Assembly (NCBI RefSeq): GCF_031769215.1
Contig: NW_026782152.1
Coordinates: 372,001-436,000, forward strand
Length of the DNA: 64,000 nucleotides
Origin: Ylistrum balloti
Lineage: Eukaryota
Reading direction: 5' to 3'
A model generated the notes under the pieces. It had not been told where the DNA came from and did no database searches. It was given only the letters and a program-made list of their open reading frames with translations. Both the position numbers and the translations under genes were made by a program. Positions 53,201 to 63,437 of this stretch are shown here, in pieces (within the stretch, counting starts at the first letter, position 1; the number at the start of each line of letters is the position of its first letter).

Positions 53201-56200
53201 GGAACACGTGAACATTTACAATTAAAGAGTAAGACATTGTAGGAACACTTGAACATTTACAATTAAAGAGTAAGACATTGTAGGAACACTGATAAGTTTG
53301 ATTCTTTAATGTTTAAATTAATAAAATATCATTTCATCAGTTAACATCAGGAAAAAGTCTTTAATTTGTTTTACCCTGGAATAGTTTGGTTTGTTGATTA
53401 TATTTCATTGCTTTATGTTCTATCAACAGCCAGGGTTATTTAAGGGCACGCCAGGGTCTCAAACCTGTGGCACAGGGGTAGAGGGCTAGTGATAGAGAGA
53501 GACACCTTGATCGCTGAGCCACTATGGCCCCTTCCTGGAATAATAGCCCATAAAGTGGTTTTTTTTTGGTTACTTTAAGAGCATAAAGTATTCACTTCCA
53601 ATTTAGATTTTGTATCTCTCTCATTCAGATTGAGCATCAAAGGTTAATTGTGAAATTTGCCTTGAATGGATACAAAGTAAAATCCTGCGTTTATTCTCAT
53701 TTTTTTTTCAAATGCTCAAATTCAGAACAAAAACATAATTTTGATAAATGCAAGGTATTATTAAAATCGAATACAACTCATCCATAATGGTGAAAATTGT
53801 AAAAATTCACTTTAATTTTAATTTGAATATCTAATTACACACCAGTGATTTAAGCAAAGACCTTGCAGTCATGAGTACCTCTAGGTTATTGACCAACTTA
53901 ACCTAGCTCAAAAATAAGATATCTACACAATACAATTTCTAAACCATATTTATACTGTATATGACTCTACATTTCTATGTGCTGCAAAAAATACATTTTC
54001 ACAAAAAGATGTAACCTTACCAGGTCAAGGTGTCCTTTACGAAGTTCAAGTACTCCAAGGTTATTATAGGCTTCTGCATGGTCGTTGTTATTAGCTAAAG
54101 TTAATCTAAAACACTGGTAGGCCAAGGTCATATCTCCTATACCCTGTAAGCAGAAAATCACAAACAATGGTCAGTCAAGGTCATATCTCCTATACCCTGT
54201 AAACAGATAATCATAAACAATGGTAAGTCAAGGTCATATCTCCTACACACTGTAAATAGACAATCACAAACAATGGTAAGTCAAGGTCATATCTCCTATA
54301 CCCTGTAAACAGACAATCACAAACAATGGTAAGTCAAGGTCATATCTCCTAAACCCTGTAAATAGACAATCACAAACAATGGTAAGTCAAGGTCATATCT
54401 CCTACACACTGTAAATAGACAATCACAAACACCGGTAGACCAAGGTCATATCTCCTATACACTGTAAATAGACAATCACAAACAATGGTAAGCCAAGATC
54501 ATATCTCCTATACACTGTAAATAGACAATCACAAACAATGGTAAGTCAAGGTCATATCTCCTATACCCTGTAAAAAGAAAATCACAAACACTGGTAGGCC
54601 AAGGTCATATCTCCTATACACTGTAAATAGACAATCACAAACAATGGTAAGCCAAGATCATATCTCCTATACACTGTAAATAGACAATCACAAACAATGG
54701 TAAGCCAAGATCATATCTCCTATACACTGTAAATAGACAATCACAAACAATGGTAAGCCAAGATCATATCTCCTATACACTGTAAATAGACAATCACAAA
54801 CAATGGTAAGCCAAGATCATATCTCCTATACACTGTAAATAGACAATCACAAACAATGGTAAGTCAAGGTCATATCTCCTATACCCTGTAAAAAGAAAAT
54901 CACAAACAATGGTAAGTCAAGGTCATATCTCCTACACACTGTAAACAGACAATCACAAACAATGGTAAGTCAAGGTCATATCTCCTACACACTGTAAACA
55001 GACAATCACAAACAATGGTAAGTCAAGGTCATATCTCCTACACACTGTAAACAGACAATCACAAACAATGGTAAGTCAAGGTCATATCTTCTACACACTG
55101 TAAACAGACAATCACAAACAATGGTAAGTCAAGGTCATATCCCCTATACACTGTAAATAGATGAATAAAGATATAAAAACATGGGTAGGTGAAGGTCATG
55201 TCTCCTATGCACTATAAATAGAACATAAATACAGCAGGTCAAGGTCACAGCAAGACAACATAGAACATTGAGGACACATTTAAATGTATTTAATCAGAGC
55301 TCTGTACTGATTTAACACATGATATATTTGACTAGGCCAAACATTTTTCATTGAAATAGAAGTGTACAAAGGACAAGCAAGGCAAATCTTTTGTAGGCAA
55401 ATTTCACTGGTGGTTCTTAGCATGCCATGTCAACTACATAACACTGTTCAATAATTCACACATTATTTCTGTCTAAAAGTGACAGTAGTCTTACATTAGT
55501 ATCATTTAATGCTGATAATTGAATGATGATGGAGGATGCCTAGCTCCAGTGAGTGGTGATATATAACCAGTTTCAGAACGACAAGACATACACAATACAT
55601 CTACCACTAACTGCTGGAGGACATCATTATTCATGTGAACTGGAGAAATGAATGGATTCATCAGTACATAAACCACAAAAAATATTTCATAAACACTGAA
55701 ACATATAACATGTGTTCACTGATACAAAAACATCACATGTTTCCATGATAATTTTATTTCAAAACCTAAATCCCATCAACATCTAATAATAAAGAGGAAA
55801 ATATATAAAAATCTATATTTTTAAGTATGTATTGCTTTAAGTTAAGAAACATTTAAATAAATGATGTTTTAAAAATCAAATTAAGTGCTGTGTTTCGTAA
55901 ATTACAACTGAAATAAAGATGAAGTATTTTATTTTCACATAAACCTCTGACAAGGAAGATCTTCTGATGTATGTTGTTGTAGGCTCTATAAGGGCAGATA
56001 TGGTACACCACAAGGCGAAACCCTAGATAAAGCCATTTTTCTGTAAAACTAATTTACTGAATATGACACAATATTCTTTGTGATTTTGTGTATTTTCTCA
56101 TCTTTGTGATGAAAGTCTTTGATCAGGAAGAAAAAAAAGTTTACAGGTAAAGGTTGCTGAAATGACAGACTGGTGTTAATTCATGGCCTATCAGCTAGAT

Positions 56201-59047
56201 TTTAACACCAGAATATTAAACACCTTGAGTAAGATAAGGAAATACCAGATACTGTATTTCATAGGTTTAAAACCTGAGAAGATTAATGTTAAACACGTAA
56301 TTGTGATAGGTATGTGCTAACTTTTTACTCAAATAACAGATAACCTTACCACAGGAGAAACATAACATTACGCGTGTGATGTCTGGACTATGCTCTACCA
56401 CCTTCAGCTTGTCCCACATAATCGGACTGAATGTTACCACATAAATCAACACATATATGCAGATTTCTCTACAAAGTTATGTATGAATACGTATGTACAC
56501 GAACAAAATATTCCTAAACACCTACACGTTGATATATATATACAATATATATACTTCAATTTTCCTCATTTTATTTGTCCCTACACTATCACACTGCACC
56601 TGTTTTCACTTTTGCTTCTAAATTCAATCCTTTACAAATGTTCTTTAGAAATCTCTGTTGTGAGATATATTGCCACAGCTATTTATGACATCAATTTGGT
56701 GGCATTAAAAACAAGGACATACTTTAGATTTTCTGCCAAAATCACATGTACACAAAGCAGTCAGTTGGTGCAATACACTTGTAAAGAAAAAGTTTATGAT
56801 ATTATATATTTGCCCGAATTCTATCAAAGCTACAGATGAAAATACATTTTCAATTAAGACTGAGTATCATGAAGTCATATAGATCATGGGTATTCTCTGA
56901 TCTGTCGGAAGGAGAATGTATGAAGATGATAGGTTATACAGAGGGGATGACTGAACTCATGTTGGACTGGATGATGAATGGATGATACTAGGCTAGAGGG
57001 TGCATACCATGTTAAGGGACAAAAGTGAAATAGCCAGGTTCTAAGGATACCCAGAGTAGAAGCAAACAGATGTGTAAATAATCTGAAAATGAAAACTGAA
57101 TAATTGTGTAATGTAACTTGTCTTGAAGTATAAAAAGAATCACAGCTGTCTTGAATATTACATCATCAAATTCAATATCCCAAACATAGATGCAACACTA
57201 AATCTGAACAGGAGAGTGACTACTACATCACCCACATTTTAAAAAATCTCCAGGAAAAGGGGCAATAACTCTGAAAAAGTCCTTGTAGGAGAGTTAGTGC
57301 AATCAATGGTAAAATAACATGGATAAAAAGGCTGCATTAGCAGACAGAAATGGACAAATAGACAGCCATCTAAGTACTCTCCAAACTTTACTGAGGCTGT
57401 GTAGATGTATGAGAATGACAGAAGGATGAATACCTGATGGATAGACAGAGAGATTCCAGCACAGTATAATGATGTTTCATCAATCCATGACATCTATGCT
57501 GTTATGTACTAAAGGAGGTGATGTTCACAGGATGATTGAAGAAACAATGATTGGCCTCACTGGAAACCCTATCTACATCTATGGCTAACCTCCCAGCCCA
57601 GTGGACCCACTAATTACCAGCAGTGACCCACCAGCCAGAGTTCTCACACCTGCTAACCCATGTAATAGACTTGTGTGGTAGGCAGCCACTTCACTTGATT
57701 GAAAAATTCCTTCATTACACTAGCTGGAAAAACATCATTTGTTTTTTTGGGAAAGGTTGTTATGGTTACAAGTTTTATAAAGTAGCAGGTGCCCCAACTA
57801 AATGCCCAGTATCAGACAAGTTAGATGGAGCATTGTTAACAGCTAGGTGGGATATTGGTGCTGTCATTTAGATAGAGGCAGGGGGCACTCTCCAAGATTT
57901 AGGCACTTCCTCTCACTCATCCCTACTAAATCACTTTATATAAATTCATTTGGAACATTCCTAAACCTGACTGCCAGTAAAAAATTACTTACAAAAAATG
58001 TGCACTTAAAAGGACTTTGAATGATGTTACCAACTAGTTAGAATATGATACCATGTCAATGGCCTGATCACCTCGATCAATAAGGAGTATTTAGTGGGAA
58101 CTCTGATACATGATGACACCCTTTTGTACTGTTGTATTTATCACCTTTTTTTATTTCCTTTTGTTTTCTTCGAATTAAGCAGACCTACACTTGTACCAGT
58201 ATTCAGAGCCTTGAAATGAAAGTTCACCAATTGGTTTTATAGTACAGGCAGTCAGATTAATACAGGTTCTGTCAACACTCAAAAGCAAAATTATTACAAG
58301 GAACATTTTACAAGTAGTCTTACATAATAGGCATATCAGTACAGCAATGTCAAGGCTATATAAAGGTAAAAACAATAGGGGGGGCTGGCAACTGCAATAT
58401 TCAAATTCTGCAACCACTGGTCACTGGTCATTAACAAAGCTGCATTAGTGATATTGGTGTTCAAATTCATTTTTGTTTATGTCAGACACAATGTGTTAAC
58501 ACTTGTTCTGGGGACAGATGATATGTTAACTCTGATATGATTTATAATCCAGGGGTCAATTCTGGTTTAGTTTATAAATGTTTAACAACAGCCAATGGAA
58601 GGGGGTGAAGATAGCAATAGATTGAGTCAATGAATGATGTTGTTTACTGAGGTCTAGGTACAGATGTCCAGCTGGTCCAAGGTACTATCAGAATCTACAG
58701 GTGACATATTCATCATCTCAAGCACTGGCAGTTAAGTTCATCACCCTACACCATCTACCTCATCAGAAATAGGACTTTTGGCATTTGGCAGGAGTAGACT
58801 CCTTAAAAAGATCATTTTAATTATACATGTTTTTTTAAAGTGCAACAGGAGGTATATCAGTTAATGAAATCTTACCAGTGCCACGTGGCCAATGTTGAAC
58901 CACACTTCTGATATAGTTTGCTCCTCTGCCAGGGATAATGCACGCTCAAAACAGGTCAGGGTCATATCATACTGCTGGGCATAGAAACAGCACAGACCCA
59001 AGTTGTTAAATAGTTCCCCGTTATAGACACCCATCTGTAACAATCGT
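29163..59047 (-). CDS. TTC8: Tetratricopeptide repeat protein 8 / BBSome subunit BBS8, 3' part: join(59047-58876,54143-54021,34216-34133,29279-29163); 5' exons lie beyond position 64000
   Basis: Spliced translation RLLQMGVYNGELFNNLGLCCFYAQQYDMTLTCFERALSLAEEQTISEVWFNIGHVAL-GIGDMTLAYQCFRLTLANNNDHAEAYNNLGVLELRKGHLDL-ARAFFQAAYILTPHMYEAHYNWAALADQ-MGDLQSSYNAAKRAVDAFPDHVDSKELLKQLKHHFSLL* matches the BBS8 C-terminal TPRs as I recall them; GT-AG junctions in phase. Confidence 0.96.
29441..29628 (-). mobile_element. Possible highly degenerate tRNA-derived SINE in the last BBS8 intron
   Basis: A-box-like CAGGTTGGCTAGAGTGGTTAA at the 5' end (minus) and a (CAAA)/poly-A tail at about 29441-29475; the middle is not recognisable. 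Confidence 0.3.
32599..34010 (-). repeat. 94/95-bp tripartite minisatellite built from the BBS8 donor junction; 45 x CAG|GTAAGTAT
   Basis: Plus-strand subunits GATACTTACCTGACCAGTAAAGTTT (25), GATACTTACCTGACCACTAACTAGTAATTTAT (32) and CATACTTACCTGACTATATTGCTATAAATAACTGTTAA (37-38). Edge copies resemble the real junction (ACAAGTAACATTTTATACTGACCTGATCAG at 34111-34140). Confidence 0.97.
34133..34216 (-). CDS. TTC8: BBS8 penultimate exon (84 nt)
   Basis: Not in the ORF track on this strand. TTTCTTATTTTTCATTGCAG acceptor; ARAFFQAAYILTPHMYEAHYNWAALADQ; donor CAG|GTCAGT; phase 0-0. Confidence 0.94.
34960..35400. repeat. 50-bp minisatellite, about 8 copies
   Basis: Unit GTGACCTGTTGATGGAGACATATACAGGAGTGACTAGACCACAGACTCCA; 50-bp period at 35236/35286/35336. 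Confidence 0.9.
38500..38770. repeat. Degenerate ~45-bp tandem repeat
   Basis: Recurrent CCTTAATGGTTAGTCTT...AGACATGTATGTGACAA, about 5 copies. Confidence 0.65.
41272..42620. repeat. 43/44-bp minisatellite, about 30 copies, with a sequence gradient
   Basis: CTGTCATCAAAGCACCCATAGATAGGAGATCCACCATAACTCC (left) grades into CTGTCATCACTGTACCAATAGTTAGGAGATTCCTTCACAACTCC (right). Confidence 0.96.
44075..44890. repeat. 31-bp minisatellite, about 21 clean plus about 5 degenerate copies
   Basis: Unit CATCTCCTTCCAGTATACTGTTAAAGGTGGA, containing the palindrome CAGTATACTG. Confidence 0.97.
46480..46740. repeat. Old degenerate tandem repeat with TGACTCA/GGTACC cores
   Basis: Recurrent TTGACTCATCA...AGGTAC. 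Confidence 0.55.
47963..48132 (-). mobile_element. SINE body fragment (same family as 63279-63437)
   Basis: TCATTTTGAGGCGGGGTCTCCTTGTA...GCCATCTAGAGCAATAA...AGTGTCTTGCCCAAGGACAC aligns by eye to the copy at 63.3 kb. Confidence 0.6.
48865..50025. repeat. 37-bp minisatellite, about 18 clean copies plus degenerate flanks
   Basis: Unit GGATCCTTAAACATATGAAGGAACATTTCTCATGTGT. Confidence 0.97.
50816..50859 (+). other. G-quadruplex-forming polypurine tract
   Basis: GGCAGGGGGAGGGGGAGGGGAGAGGGAGAGGGGGAGGGGGGAGGGG, with more than four G3+ runs. Confidence 0.55.
52142..53290. repeat. 41-bp minisatellite, 28 nearly identical copies
   Basis: Unit GTGAACATTTACAATTAAAGAGTAAGACATTGTAGGAACAC. Confidence 0.98.
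53384..53533 (-). mobile_element. Short tRNA-derived SINE (internally deleted copy)
   Basis: Minus: GGGGCCATAGTGGCTCAGCGATCAAGG (A-box-like, 53521-53511)...GGTTTGAGACC (B-box-like, 53465-53455)...CCCTGGCTGTTGATAGAACATAAAGCAAT...AAACCAAAC tail. Confidence 0.7.
54021..54143 (-). CDS. TTC8: BBS8 exon (123 nt)
   Basis: TTTTCTGCTTACAG acceptor; GIGDMTLAYQCFR...KGHLDL; donor CTG|GTAAGG; phase 0-0. Confidence 0.96.
54144..55200 (-). repeat. 53-bp minisatellite built from the BBS8 acceptor junction (14 nt intron + 39 nt exon), 19 copies plus a degenerate end
   Basis: CAAGGTCATATCTCC recurs at 54123 (inside the exon), 54176, 54229 ... 55130 with an exact 53-bp period. Minus unit TTGTCTATTTACAG|(G/T)GTATAGGAGATATGACCTTGACTTACCATTGTTTGTGA, versus exon GGTATAGGAGATATGACCTTGGCCTACCAGTGTTTTAGA. 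Confidence 0.97.
58876..59047 (-). CDS. TTC8: BBS8 exon (172 nt)
   Basis: TATTATTTTCCAG acceptor; RLLQMG...GHVAL; donor CTG|GTAAGA; phase 2-0. Confidence 0.96.
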
Positions 59048-60064
59048 CTGGAAAATAATAAACAAAACATGTCAATACACACATACATGCAACAAGGTCT
59101 GAAAGGTCTCCATGTCTTCTTAAGAGATTTTTCAGATGTATGTCTTCAATGTTAAAGCAATGTCCTTGAACTTTAACCTCAAAAGTATGTGTTATTTACA
59201 CCATATTTCAACTTCAAAGCTGATATCTTCTGACAAATATATACAGATTAGTATATAATATTTAATAGCATTAAAGGTCGCTCTTTTATGATTTCGAGGA
59301 TTAATGATAATGTTATATATCTATTGGTATAGTGAGGACATAAGTTGAAGGATATTGAGATTACCATACCACAGTACCGATAGGCAAAATCATTTATGGT
59401 AGGAGATATGTGTATCTACAGGTAATCTTTGATGATCCCTTACTGGTAAGTATGAAGAACTGTCTCCTAACTACAACTGATTGAGGAATTCAACTGTAAC
59501 TTCTACTAGGGCCACAGAAATATGCCAGAGTTCGGTATTATCGGTACTCTCAAAACATCCTATCATTTTAACAGGAACTTAATCAGTCATAAAACTATTT
59601 CAGTGGCTTAGAGATAGAAATCTATCTACATGATCTAAGGTAGGATATTAATAGTACCCGCTACATTAATAGTCAAATTAAGGCCCACCATGATTAGGTA
59701 GACCCCAGCAACACCAGGAAGTTTGATCATATTAATATTCTGCTTATCAGCCAAAACTGGAGAATGCATATTTCCTCTGAATGGTAAATCATTTTTTATT
59801 TGCGAAGCACTTAACAGGTTCAATTGCAACATTTTCCTGTTTAATCGGAGCATGATGGAGAGCAAAGCCAGGAATATCTCACCTTAGGTCAGTCCAGATT
59901 TACCACTGAGGTTGGTAAGGTCTCTGTCTCAATTAACCTAGGTGTACAACTAGGAATAACTTTCTTCATGTTAGTCCTGATGTACAACAACGACTAGGAA
60001 TATCTCCCCTAAATTTCATCTTGATGTACAACAACAGCTAGAAATATTTTCTTACCATTTAATC

Positions 60065-62270
60065 CACTTATACAACATAGGCTAGCAATATCTCCCTCCA
60101 CCTTCACCCTGTCATACCTATGTTAGGAATATACAACATGGGCTAGCAACATCTCCCTCCACCTTCACCCTGACATACCTATGTTAGTAATATACAAAAT
60201 AGGCTAGCAACATCTCCCTCCACCTTCACCCTGTCATACCTATGTTAGGAATATACAAAATAGGCTAGCAATATCTCCCTCCACCTTCACCCTGTCATAC
60301 CTATGTTAGGAATATACAACATGGGCTAGCAACATCTCCATCCACCTTCACCCTGACATACCTATGTTAGGAATATACAAAATAGGCTAGCAACATCTCC
60401 CTCCACCTTCACCCTGATGTATATACTAAAAGGATAAAGAAACGCAGGGTGAACTTTAAACCAGAAATTAAGTATGATATCGGGCTTCATTTAAAACAAA
60501 ATTTTGTATACTTACAGATAAATTAAAGCTTAAAAATTTCCAAAGTCTGTATTTTGCATCTGACAATTGGTTTAGAGGTACTAACGATTAAATTGAATGG
60601 ACCCATAGGATTTTGAAATTGAGTCATCAATATCTTGTGTGTCCGCCGTTTGCTGTGGTCACGGCCCTTATTCTTCTGGTCATAGAGTTCATGAGAGCGT
60701 TTATCTGTCTTATGGGGATGTTGTCCCACTCTTCAGAGCTCTGGTCAACTGCTCTCGAGAAGCAGGGGCTGGCTGGCACTTTTGAACCTGTCTATCCAAC
60801 TGGTCCCAAAGATGCTCAATCGGGGACAAATCAGGGCTATATGGCGGCCAATCTAGTGCTTGAATGTTGTTGTTGGCCAAAAAGACTTGGCAAATCCTTG
60901 CTACGTGGGGCCTAGCATTATCCTGCTGGAGGGTTAGATTATGCTGCTGTAAGAAAGGGATAACATGGGGTTGGAGGATCTCATCTCTATACTTAGCTGC
61001 TTCACCTTCACCCTGTCATACCTATATTAGGAATATACAACATAGGCTAGCAATATCTCCCTCCACCTTCACCCTGACATACCTATTTTAGGAATATACA
61101 ACATAGACTAGCAACATCTCCCTCCACCTTCACCCTGTCATACCTATTTTAGGATTATACAACATGGGCTAGCAACATCTCCCTCCACCTTCACCCTGAT
61201 ACATATATGTAAGGATAATACAACATGGGCTAACAACATCTCCCTCCACCTTCACCCTGTCATACCTATGTTAGGAATATACAACATGGGCTAGCAACAT
61301 CTCCCTCCACCTTCACCCTGACATACCTATTTTAGGAATATACAACATAGACTAGCAACATCTCCCTCCACCTTCACCCTGTCATACCTATTTTAGGAAT
61401 ATACAACATAGACTAGCAACATCTCCCTCCACCTTCACCCTGTCATACCTATTTTAGGATTATACAACATGGGCTAGCAACATCTTCCTCCACCTTCACC
61501 CTGATACATATATGTAAGGATAATACAACATGGGCTAACAACATCTCCCTCCACCTTCACCCTGTCATACCTATGTTAGGAATATACAACATAGGCTAGC
61601 AATATCTCCCTCCACCTTCACCCTGACATACCTATTTTAGGAATATACAACATAGACTAGCAACATCTCCCTCCACCTTCACCTATTTTGATTATACAAC
61701 ATAGGCTAACAACATCTCCCTCCACCTATGATACATATATGTAAGGATAATACAACATGGGCTAACAACATCTCCCTCCACCTTCACCCTGTCATACCTA
61801 TGTTAGGAATATACAACATGGGCTAACAACATCTCCCTCCACCTTCACCCTGACATACCTATGTTAGGAATATACAACATAGACTAACAACATCTCCCTC
61901 CACCTTCACCCTGACATACCTATTTTAGGAATATACAACATAGACTAGCAACATCTCCCTCCACCTTCACCCTGTCATACCTATTTTAGGATTATACAAC
62001 ATAGGCTAACAACATCTCCCTCCACCTTCACCCTGTCATACCTATGTTAGGAATATACAACATGGGCTAGCAACATCTCCCTCCACCTTCACCCTGATAC
62101 ATATATGTAAGGATAATACAACATGGGCTAACAACATCTCCCTCCACCTTCACCCTGTCATACCTATGTTAGGAATATACAACATGGGCTAACAACATCT
62201 CCCTCCACCTTCACCTTGATATACCTATGTTAGGAATATACAACATAGGCTAGCATTACCTCCCTCCCAG
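60065..62270. repeat. 61-bp minisatellite interrupted by a Tc1 fragment (60424-61000)
   Basis: Unit ATACAACATGGGCTAGCAACATCTCCCTCCACCTTCACCCTGTCATACCTATGTTAGGAAT; degenerate copies extend to about 59930 and 62450. Confidence 0.96.
60424..61000 (-). mobile_element. Tc1-family (DD34E) DNA transposon relic: 3' third of the transposase plus putative right terminus
   Basis: Minus-strand translation from 61000: AAKYRDEILQPHVIPFLQQHNLTLQQDNARPHVARICQVFLANNNIQALDWPPYSPDLSPIEHLWDQLDRQVQKCQPAPASREQLTRAL, a frameshift, then EEWDNIPIRQINALMNSMTRRIRAVTTANGGHTRY* (stop 60629-60627). 34 residues separate D (QQDNA) and E (SPIE). TIR-like TA|TACTAAAAGGATAAAGAAACGC begins at about 60424. Confidence 0.93.
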
Positions 62271-63278
62271 TTAGCCCAGATTACAACACAGTCTAGGAAT
62301 ATATCCTTTCCATTTAGCCAAGATGAACAATATAGGCTACATATATCTCCCTTCCAGTAAGCCCATACACACAATGTAAGCTGGGATTATAGAACTGCTT
62401 GTTGGCCAAGATGTACAACATAGGACAAGAATATCTCCCTACCAGTCAGCACTGATTTATCATTGGTTAACATCATCATTTTTACATCCTACAACATTAC
62501 TGAATTAAATTACACCAATTACTTTCATCCTTGAACATATGACTCAACACTGAATCTAAAAACACACTTTCTACAATTAACTTTACATATCAGCATGTTT
62601 CACTGTGTACAGTCTACAACTCACATATTTAATAAAATGAATTAGCAATTTACGAACTTCACAAACTATTATAATATTTGAAGTATGTAAGGGTTCTAAA
62701 CACATGTATTCTAACACATTTTCAGTAACTAGCTATAATTATGATTAGCTATAGAAAAACATGTAGCTTCCCGGACCTATATGCACATTTAAATAGCACT
62801 ATCAAGCATGCACTGAACACGTGCAGCAATTCATACATGGCCTTAACTGGAAGGCTACTGTCAATGACAGGATGCACTGTAACACTGGTGCTGTAGAAAT
62901 GTTCTATATCCACGTACACTATCATAGCTGTCAGATATCTACAAAACTATCATCATCTTGCATACAAATTCAGCCAAAATGTCAGCATGATTATAGCTGG
63001 CTTATCATTGAAGATATGTGATATAGCTGTTAACTGGGAGGTTGTGGCCTCTTTCATTTGTGTGTACATCTTGAGAGATGGATGGCCACAAAACCTACTT
63101 GGTATGCAGCTCAGCTTTGACCTACAGACTGTGCATCAAATCATACAGCCCACAACCAACAAATTAACATAGTTTTCTCTTACAAATAATAATCTAAAGA
63201 TGACAGAGTTGTTCCCCTTGAAGGATAGCTAACATGTCCATTAGCTTCTAACTTGCATACAATGTAAAGTACTGTGTG

Positions 63279-63437
63279 TGGTTTGTTTGTTGGGTTTATC
63301 ACATCTTGAAGAGTCAAGATCATTTGAGGCAGTGCCTCCTTGTAGTAGCTGGTGACTATCTCAATGAATGCAATACTGGAGACACATCAAAGGCCATTTG
63401 GAGCAATAAAGTAAAGTGTCTTAACCATGGCTACCAC
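63279..63437 (-). mobile_element. SINE 3' fragment with (CAAA)n tail
   Basis: GTTTGTTTGTTGGGTTT tail followed by TCATTTGAGGCAGTGCCTCCTTGTAGTAGCTGGTGACT...GCCATTTGGAGCAATAAAGTAAAGTGTCTT; homologous to 47963-48132. Confidence 0.6.

Noticed and set aside
56390-56839. 149-aa plus-strand ORF
   Set aside because: Compositionally biased AT-rich intronic sequence antisense to BBS8, with no recognisable motif or splice support.
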